A DNA stretch of 64,000 nt, from the IMG/VR virus record IMGVR_UViG_3300045988_128165; one strand, written 5' to 3'. The position numbers and the translations under genes were made by a program. Shown here in pieces: positions 27,117 to 32,694 of this stretch; position 1 is the first letter of the stretch; the number at the start of each line of letters is the position of its first letter. Source of the DNA: a virus. The notes below the pieces were generated by a model, which had not been told where the DNA came from, searched no databases, and saw only the letters and a program-made list of their open reading frames with translations.

Positions 27117-27215
27117 GGGAACTTGGTCAAGTAGCTAAGACACTGGCGGGGACAGAATAGTGCAAACATTAAGAGCACACTGCCGGAGACACGAGTTCGA
27201 ATCTCGTAGTTCCCA
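27117..27215 (+). tRNA. 99-nt tRNA-like gene with no normal anticodon arm
   Basis: acceptor GGGAACT/AGTTCCC, type II D-arm, canonical T-arm ACGAG-TTCGAAT-CTCGT; centre is a 7-bp stem around 30 nt. Confidence 0.45.
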
Positions 27216-27224
27216 ACTTAATAT

Positions 27225-27309
27225 GGGTCAGTAGCGAATCGGCAAACGCAGCAGACTGTAAATCTGCCTCCTTCGGGAATAGGTGGATCGACACCACCCT
27301 GACCCACCA
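27225..27309 (+). tRNA. tRNA-Tyr(GUA), type II
   Basis: acceptor GGGTCAG/CTGACCC, loop CTGTAAA, T-loop ATCGACA, CCA. Confidence 0.8.
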
Positions 27310-27558
27310 AATGGTAGTAAGTAGTGCAAATTTTATATCAGATAACCAGTAAGGATAAAAGCCGTTGCAGGATTTGCTCCCTGTATCGAGAAAGATTAAA
27401 TTTGAACTCGCTGAAAGTAGCTGGTGAATGGGTATAAAATGGAGTCATGCACGGCTCCGCTTGCTATCATTACCAAGGGATAAGTTGCTTAAACTGTTCG
27501 AACGAACCCTACAAATCGGCAGAAACGGTGACAGCTCGGAAAGACGGCAAATTAATAT

Positions 27559-27710
27559 GCTCCGCTAGCTCAATTGGTCAGAGCACCCGACTTCGCTGCA
27601 TGGTGTAATAGCAACACTGCTTAACCGCGGATTAAGAGATGTAAGGGCAGGACTTACTGCAGCGGCCAATAATCGGGAGGTTCCAAGTTCGATGCTTGGG
27701 CGGAGCACCA
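27559..27710 (+). tRNA. tRNA-Ile(UAU) interrupted in the anticodon loop by a 75-nt tRNA-like insert
   Basis: halves 27559-27593 and 27669-27710 give a canonical 77-nt cloverleaf with loop CTT|ATAA and CCA. Confidence 0.75.
27594..27668 (+). tRNA. nested tRNA-like unit (nominal anticodon GCG) with encoded CCA
   Basis: acceptor CGCTGCA/TGCAGCG, D GTGT/ACAC, anticodon arm CTTAA-CCGCGGA-TTAAG, T-arm GTAAG-GGCAGGA-CTTAC. Confidence 0.65.
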
Positions 27711-27715
27711 AATAT

Positions 27716-27786
27716 TATCGTATAGCTTAATGGGAAAGCGCCCTCACTATCAGAGGGAGATACTTGTTCGATTCAAGTTGCGTTAG
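27716..27786 (+). tRNA. tRNA-like gene with atypical anticodon loop ACTATCA
   Basis: weak acceptor TATCGTA/TGCGTTA, D GCTT/AAGC, stem CCCTC/GAGGG, canonical T-arm; C at positions 33 and 37. Confidence 0.45.
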
Positions 27787-27864
27787 AAAAATGTGGTTGC
27801 TATGCACGTCGCGCGTCGCCACCAAACAAAGCATAGTTGGCGCTGTGGAAAGACACAGAGATCT

Positions 27865-27949
27865 GCAGGAGTCCCATAGTGGTCGATTGGAGCGGTTTTG
27901 TAAGCCGCCAGCTTTGCTCACGTCGGTTCGAATCCGACCTCCTGCTCCA
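27865..27949 (+). tRNA. type II tRNA body with loop TTTGTAA (nominal UGU)
   Basis: acceptor GCAGGAG/CTCCTGC, 3-bp D-stem, 13-nt variable arm, T-arm GTCGG-TTCGAAT-CCGAC, CCA. Confidence 0.6.
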
Positions 27950-27957
27950 CATTATAT

Positions 27958-28073
27958 GCAAGTAAGGAAGAATTGGTCTTCTCTCATTTAACAAAGCTGA
28001 GATACAAAAAGATCGCTACTTTGGAAACGTTCGCTTTGGGGAAATGTGTGTTCGAATCACACTACTTGCTCCA
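27958..28073 (+). tRNA. 116-nt tRNA-like gene with about 40 extra central nt
   Basis: acceptor GCAAGTA/TACTTGC, D GAAG/CTTC, T-arm GTGTG-TTCGAAT-CACAC, CCA; centre does not fold as a standard arm. Confidence 0.45.
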
Positions 28074-28197
28074 GCGAGGTAACGTCACTTCCATCACGTA
28101 GCACAGCGGATAGCAAATAGTAAAAGAGATATGTGCACCTAGGCTCTTGTTTGAACTATTTGGTTATGATAAAGAAGGATTGGAATCCTCGCTTTAT

Positions 28198-28287
28198 GAG
28201 AGCGTAACTCAGTTGGTAGAGTTTTATAGCGTGAAGGGATATGCTATTGAATGCCCTTAGTCGCCAGTTCGAATCTGGCCGCTCTCA
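28198..28287 (+). tRNA. 90-nt tRNA-like gene with expanded anticodon region
   Basis: acceptor GAGAGCG/CGCTCTC, D ACTC-AGTTGGTA-GAGT, T-arm GCCAG-TTCGAAT-CTGGC; interleaved stems ATAGC/GCTAT and AAGGG/CCCTT. Confidence 0.45.
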
Positions 28288-28314
28288 TTAAAATATATAT
28301 TAGGAGAAATAGTT

Positions 28315-28554
28315 ATGGCAATTAAAATAATTAATAAAGGAAAAGATCTTGATAATCCTATATTTACACAGCGATGCCCTAATTGCGATTGCGTTTTTAC
28401 CTATCAGAATGAAGATGCTTATAGAAAGCCTACTGGTAGATATTATAGAGACTTTGACATTTGTTTTATGGACGATTACAAACAAGAAATTACAGTATCT
28501 ATTGAATGTCCTTGGTGCCACAAAAAAATTCATGTAAAAGACGAATATATATAA
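28315..28554 (+). CDS. zinc-ribbon protein
   Basis: ORF track; CPNCDC...CPWCH; AGGAG RBS. Confidence 0.55.
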   Translation: MAIKIINKGKDLDNPIFTQRCPNCDCVFTYQNEDAYRKPTGRYYRDFDICFMDDYKQEITVSIECPWCHKKIHVKDEYI

Positions 28555-28577
28555 CTCGAATCCTTCTTGTCGCGCCA
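28555..28577 (+). pseudogene. isolated 3' third of a tRNA (T-loop to CCA)
   Basis: CTCGAAT-CCTTC-TTGTCGC-G-CCA begins at the base after the stop codon; no 5' partner nearby. Confidence 0.55.
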
Positions 28578-28635
28578 GATTAAAAATTGTTAAGAGTGTG
28601 GTTCTCTTTGTGCAATGATATAATGGAGGAATAAG

Positions 28636-28839
28636 ATGAAAATTGAAAACAAGGTTTTTCTATGTTCTAATTATGCAACCCCAGTGCTAGAAGAGGCACT
28701 TGATGCATTTTCTAACGAAGGTTATAAATTGGTTTCTACCCAGATGGCAAAGAATCTCTATGGGGTCGAAGTAATGTATTTGTTTTTTACGAGGAAAGTA
28801 AAAAATAAAAAGCGAAAATCAGACTCGCAAGGAACGTGA
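28636..28839 (+). CDS. 67-aa protein, paralog of 22008..22175
   Basis: ORF track; GGAGG RBS. Confidence 0.55.
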   Translation: MKIENKVFLCSNYATPVLEEALDAFSNEGYKLVSTQMAKNLYGVEVMYLFFTRKVKNKKRKSDSQGT

Positions 28840-28846
28840 TATTAAT

Positions 28847-29014
28847 ATGCGACCATTTATGGAAAATATCTGTATGCATCCTCATTGCATGAATCCAATG
28901 TGTGAAGAATGTAGTTTCTTTACTCCCAGAGTTTTCGGTATTAGAGTGCCTAAGAGCTTGGGGTTGGCACTTTTTAAACTGGAAGGATTACTTAACACGA
29001 TGATTCGTTTTTAA
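28847..29014 (+). CDS. 55-aa Cys-rich ORF
   Basis: open frame filling a gap; weak RBS. Confidence 0.35.
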   Translation: MRPFMENICMHPHCMNPMCEECSFFTPRVFGIRVPKSLGLALFKLEGLLNTMIRF

Positions 29015-29021
29015 CTAGTAT

Positions 29022-29096
29022 GGGTCTGTAATTCAATAGTAGAATATACGCCTTTTAAGCGTACTACGGACGGAGCGTAACCGCCCAGACCCACCA
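29022..29096 (+). tRNA. tRNA-Lys(UUU) with non-canonical T-loop
   Basis: acceptor GGGTCTG/CAGACCC, loop CTTTTAA, T-loop AGCGTAA, CCA. Confidence 0.75.
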
Positions 29097-29192
29097 TTTA
29101 TTCTCTGTAATTTAGTCCACTTGACTCCGGTATAATCTTCTGCTCTGTTACCTGTTTGTGCAGGTTAGATGAATAAAGACAGAGTTATTTAT

Positions 29193-29268
29193 GGCTGGCG
29201 GGAGGTTGGCATCTCAACTTGGCTCATAATCAAGCTCAATTCAGTTCGATTCTGAAGCTCAGCAACCA
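29193..29268 (+). tRNA. tRNA-Met/Ile2(CAU)-like with imperfect acceptor stem
   Basis: arm CTTGG-CTCATAA-TCAAG, T-arm TTCAG-TTCGATT-CTGAA; only 5 of 7 acceptor pairs. Confidence 0.45.
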
Positions 29269-29271
29269 AAT

Positions 29272-29345
29272 AGCGGATTAGTGTAATAGTAGCACGACAG
29301 ACTTTGAATCTGTAGGTAGGGGAGCATAGCCTCTATCCGCTGCCA
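29272..29345 (+). tRNA. tRNA-Gln(UUG) with non-canonical T-loop
   Basis: acceptor AGCGGAT/ATCCGCT, loop CTTTGAA, T-loop AGCATAG, CCA. Confidence 0.75.
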
Positions 29346-29376
29346 TGTAAATATTAATTTTTAGGAGGAATATATT

Positions 29377-29484
29377 ATGAACACAAGGACTGCACTACAT
29401 TATGAGAATCGTATTGCGAAGCTAAAGGCCAAGAGTGAAGTTGTAAATGCAAACCTGATCAACAAAGCACAGAGGGAGCTTAAT
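29377..29484 (+). CDS. 35-aa ORF
   Basis: ATG behind AGGAGG, between two tRNAs. Confidence 0.35.
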
Positions 29485-29509
29485 AAGCTGACACAGAAGT
29501 AAGAATATG

Positions 29510-29584
29510 CGGTAGTAGCTCAATGGTAGAGCATCAGATTTCCAATCTGATTGTTGCGAGATCGTGCCTCGTCTACCGCTCCAT
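29510..29584 (+). tRNA. tRNA-Gly(UCC) with non-canonical T-loop
   Basis: acceptor GCGGTAG/CTACCGC, loop TTTCCAA, T-loop ATCGTGC, CCA. Confidence 0.75.
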
Positions 29585-29616
29585 TGGCGTTGACCATTAT
29601 TGGCAGCGACCACAGG

Positions 29617-29649
29617 GGGGTCTAGAGCTTTCTAGGCTCCCATTTTTTT
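29617..29649 (+). terminator. intrinsic terminator ending the tRNA array
   Basis: 9-bp stem (2 GU pairs) followed by ATTTTTTT. Confidence 0.7.
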
Positions 29650-29705
29650 GTGCAATTTGTACAATTGACAAAATGAAAATATATGATATGATAACGATAG
29701 ATTGA

Positions 29706-29720
29706 ACAATACAAAATTAT
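29706..29720 (+). repeat. motif copy ACAATACAAAATTAT
   Basis: 15 nt upstream of ATG 29735; TTGACA at 29665 upstream. Confidence 0.8.
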
Positions 29721-29734
29721 TGCGAGGTAAAAAA

Positions 29735-30385
29735 ATGAATAATATTAAAAAATTACTTATCATTGTTGGCCTTATTATTTTAATTTTATTTTCAATTTCG
29801 ATTAATGATGGTAAGAATATGAACGGCAAACAACCTTTGAAAGAAATCCCCATAGAGTGTACGGAGACACCGGCACTAGAAGAAATGCCAGCTATGGATC
29901 CAGAGGATGAACTTATTACATATGAAGAAGTTGCAGAAGTGGTTGCTGAAGATCAACCAGATATGTTTGCCGCACCACAGCCACAATATTCTGAAAGTGA
30001 TTTGATGCTTTTAGCAAAAGTAATATATGCAGAGGCAGGAAGTGATTTTTTGTCAGATGAGTGGAAGATGTGTGTTGGCGAGGTTGTGTTAAATCGTGTT
30101 GCATCTCCTGAGTTTCCTAATACGATTACTGATGTTGTTTATCAGCCCGGACAATATCATGGGGCACGAAGTGGATATATTGCAAGTCTAATTCCGAGTG
30201 AGCGATGCATTGATGCTGCAAAAAGGCTATTGAATGGAGAACGAATTATGGAGCCTTCGGTTGTTTTTCAAGCGAATTTTAAACAGGGCAGTGGAGTTTA
30301 TAAGGCGCTATATGATAGCCGTCTTGGGTGGACATATTTCTGTTATTCCACAAACATGAGTCTTTACGGAGGTGCATTTAATTGA
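29735..30385 (+). CDS. SleB-type cell-wall hydrolase with N-terminal TM
   Basis: LLAKVIYAEAG...VVLNRV...PGQY; ORF track 29702 trimmed past the motif. Confidence 0.65.
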   Translation: MNNIKKLLIIVGLIILILFSISINDGKNMNGKQPLKEIPIECTETPALEEMPAMDPEDELITYEEVAEVVAEDQPDMFAAPQPQYSESDLMLLAKVIYAEAGSDFLSDEWKMCVGEVVLNRVASPEFPNTITDVVYQPGQYHGARSGYIASLIPSERCIDAAKRLLNGERIMEPSVVFQANFKQGSGVYKALYDSRLGWTYFCYSTNMSLYGGAFN

Positions 30386-30567
30386 AATATATGAAAATAA
30401 GTACTTTTGCAGAAAAGCTAAATGCACGAAATGGTGATCAAATTAGTAAAAATCTAGTTGATTTCTGGTTTGATATATATGGATATGATATTAACCATGA
30501 GCCAACAAATGAAGATAAAAATGCCAAAAACAAAAATAATAATGAAGGAGAAAATGAAAATGGCTAA
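30382..30567 (+). CDS. hypothetical protein
   Basis: ORF track, TTG start after GGAGGTG. Confidence 0.45.
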   Translation: MKYMKISTFAEKLNARNGDQISKNLVDFWFDIYGYDINHEPTNEDKNAKNKNNNEGENENG

Positions 30568-30949
30568 CATTGTAACGGATCTTATTGAACAGGCAGAAGA
30601 CATTAAGCGTAGAAAGTGGTGCTCTGATAAGGATTGTACAAAGGGCAAAAAGTCTTGGTGCAAACTGTGTCACACACTGAGGGCAGCGGCAGAGCAGCTT
30701 ACTGTAGCAGACAAAACATATGCCTACGTTTATAACGAGTTCAATAAGAGAATAGACGAAGAACGTAAAATTGCAGATGCACTTAGAGAAGATATTGCAG
30801 ACCTTGCACACGACCTACAGCTTGGACATGTTTGTGAAACCTGTAGTCGAAAGGGCAAGTGTCTCAAGGGGTCTACTGGATGGATGGCAAATAAGCAGTG
30901 CGTTGATTGGGAATATAAGAAGTTTGTTACTGATGTGGTGGACAATTGA
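30560..30949 (+). CDS. Cys-rich protein
   Basis: ORF track 30458 trimmed to the ATG behind AAGGAG. Confidence 0.5.
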   Translation: MANIVTDLIEQAEDIKRRKWCSDKDCTKGKKSWCKLCHTLRAAAEQLTVADKTYAYVYNEFNKRIDEERKIADALREDIADLAHDLQLGHVCETCSRKGKCLKGSTGWMANKQCVDWEYKKFVTDVVDN

Positions 30950-30950
30950 G

Positions 30951-31115
30951 ATGGATGAGCTAAAACCCTGTCCTTTTTGTGGGAATGCGCCCAATATGCG
31001 AATTACTGGATATGGAGCAGTATATGTGAGATGTCCTAACTGCGGAGTTGAAACACCTTATTATCAGAATGTTGAACTCGCAACACTTAAATGGAATATG
31101 AGAATTGAGTGTTGA
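30951..31115 (+). CDS. Lar-like restriction-alleviation protein
   Basis: MDELKPCPFCG...RCPNCG zinc ribbon; ORF track 30771 trimmed. Confidence 0.55.
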   Translation: MDELKPCPFCGNAPNMRITGYGAVYVRCPNCGVETPYYQNVELATLKWNMRIEC

Positions 31116-31140
31116 CAATACGAAATTATAGTGTTACAAT
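31112..31140 (+). promoter_or_regulatory. sigma-A-type promoter with motif in the spacer
   Basis: TTGACA, ATACGAAATTATAGTGT, TACAAT. Confidence 0.7.
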
Positions 31141-31175
31141 TGCTTATGATAAAACAAGTAAGGAGTTGTAACACT

Positions 31176-31337
31176 ATGAAAATGAAAAAATACATAATTA
31201 TATACAAGGATAGAGGAAAACACAAATGGGCTGAATCAGACAGCTTAGAGATACTACAAAGCATTTTTAGTAAATGTAGTTGGATTAAAGAATACAAAAT
31301 TATTGACACATCAAATTTTAAGGAGGCAATGGATTAA
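31176..31337 (+). CDS. 53-aa protein
   Basis: ATG behind TAAGGAG; contains motif copy 31291-31303. Confidence 0.5.
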   Translation: MKMKKYIIIYKDRGKHKWAESDSLEILQSIFSKCSWIKEYKIIDTSNFKEAMD

Positions 31338-31339
31338 AA

Positions 31340-31558
31340 ATGGATTACAATAATCTAGATAGACAGTCCTATGAAAAGGGCTATAACGATGGTAAGCAAG
31401 ATGCAGCATATGAGATTATCACTAAGATGAGATATCTTAATTATAATATTATTGGCTCACTTGGATATGAAAATGTAGAAGATTATCCTGATTATTTGAT
31501 GGTGTTTCTTGACGGCATTGCAAAAGAATATGATGTAGAAGAAGACGAGGTGCATTAA
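31340..31558 (+). CDS. hypothetical acidic protein
   Basis: ORF track. Confidence 0.55.
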   Translation: MDYNNLDRQSYEKGYNDGKQDAAYEIITKMRYLNYNIIGSLGYENVEDYPDYLMVFLDGIAKEYDVEEDEVH

Positions 31559-31560
31559 TT

Positions 31561-32664
31561 ATGATTTACCTAGATAACGCTGCTACATCTCCAATTTGTG
31601 AAGCCGCAAAGAATATTATCCTTGACAATCTTGACGAATATTACAATCCAAACAGTTCATATGAGGATGCTCGTGGAGTAAAGATTAAGGTCGAGGAAGC
31701 ACGTGAAAAGATTGCGGCACTAATTGGAGCACAACCTGACGAGATTTACTTTACTTCTGGTGGATCTGAAGCAAATTCATGGGTTTCAAATCATGATTTT
31801 ACACTAGCATCTAACATTGAGCATCATTCTATTGATCCAGACTATAAATTCAAGGTCGATTATAGAGGAATGGTTGATATAGAGAAATTTGAAAAAAGAG
31901 TAAATGAATTGCAGAATAATTATTTCGGTATTAGTCCGGGTATTGCTTCATGTATGATGGTAAATAATGAACTTGGAGTTATTGAGCCAATTGAAGAACT
32001 AGCAAAGATTGCTCATGATAATCATATGTTGTTCCATACAGATGCAGTTCAGGCATTCCCTCATATGAAAATTAATGTAGAAGAGCTTGGCGTAGATATG
32101 TTGTCATGCTCTGCTCATAAGTTTGGTGGGATTAAAGGATGCGGATTCCTTTATATCAAAGATGGAATTCATATTCATCCTTTAATTAATGGTGGAAGCC
32201 AAGAAAGAGGAATCAGAGGTGGCACAACTAATGTCCTTGGTGTCTTGGCTATGGCTGCTGCGCTAGAAGATACGACAACCCATATGAATGGAAATAATGC
32301 AAAAATTGCACGTTTATCCAATAAGATTAAAGATAATTTATTGAATGTAAAAGGTGTCACAATTAATGGGGCAACAGATAAAAAGCAGCATTTAGACAGT
32401 ATTTTGAACTTTAGAATTGATGGTGTACATGGTTCAGATGTTGTTGCGATGGCTGACGAATTTGGGATTGCTATTAGTGCTGGTTCAGCTTGCAATGAAG
32501 GTGATGCCATTCCATCTCATGTGCTAAAAGCAATTGGTTTGTCTGACGAAGAGGCACTAAGTAGCATTCGTGTATCTCTTGGAAGATATAATACAGAAGA
32601 AGAAATTGATTATGCTTGTGTGATTCTTCCAAAGGTCATTGAAAGATTGAGATCACTTAATTGA
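31561..32664 (+). CDS. cysteine desulfurase (NifS/IscS-like, class V PLP enzyme)
   Basis: SAHKFGG (PLP lysine) and SAGSACN (active-site Cys loop). Confidence 0.8.
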   Translation: MIYLDNAATSPICEAAKNIILDNLDEYYNPNSSYEDARGVKIKVEEAREKIAALIGAQPDEIYFTSGGSEANSWVSNHDFTLASNIEHHSIDPDYKFKVDYRGMVDIEKFEKRVNELQNNYFGISPGIASCMMVNNELGVIEPIEELAKIAHDNHMLFHTDAVQAFPHMKINVEELGVDMLSCSAHKFGGIKGCGFLYIKDGIHIHPLINGGSQERGIRGGTTNVLGVLAMAAALEDTTTHMNGNNAKIARLSNKIKDNLLNVKGVTINGATDKKQHLDSILNFRIDGVHGSDVVAMADEFGIAISAGSACNEGDAIPSHVLKAIGLSDEEALSSIRVSLGRYNTEEEIDYACVILPKVIERLRSLN

Positions 32665-32666
32665 TA

Positions 32667-32678
32667 GTACAAAATTAT
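32667..32678 (+). repeat. motif copy GTACAAAATTAT
   Basis: 16 nt upstream of ATG 32695. Confidence 0.75.
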
Positions 32679-32694
32679 AGAAAGGATTTAATAA

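Noticed and set aside
27117-27215. The 99-nt tRNA-like gene as tRNA-Sec
   Set aside because: There is no UCA in any loop, and the 7-bp acceptor with 5-bp T-stem and the D-arm geometry do not match the bacterial 8/5 Sec fold.
26933-27558. Group I intron in the tRNA spacers
   Set aside because: I could not identify P3-P7-type core pairings or a flanking split tRNA for these intervals by eye. A covariance search is needed.
29123-29140. TTGACT...TATAAT pair in the spacer after tRNA-Lys
   Set aside because: The hexamers are only 4 nt apart, so they cannot form a sigma-A promoter.
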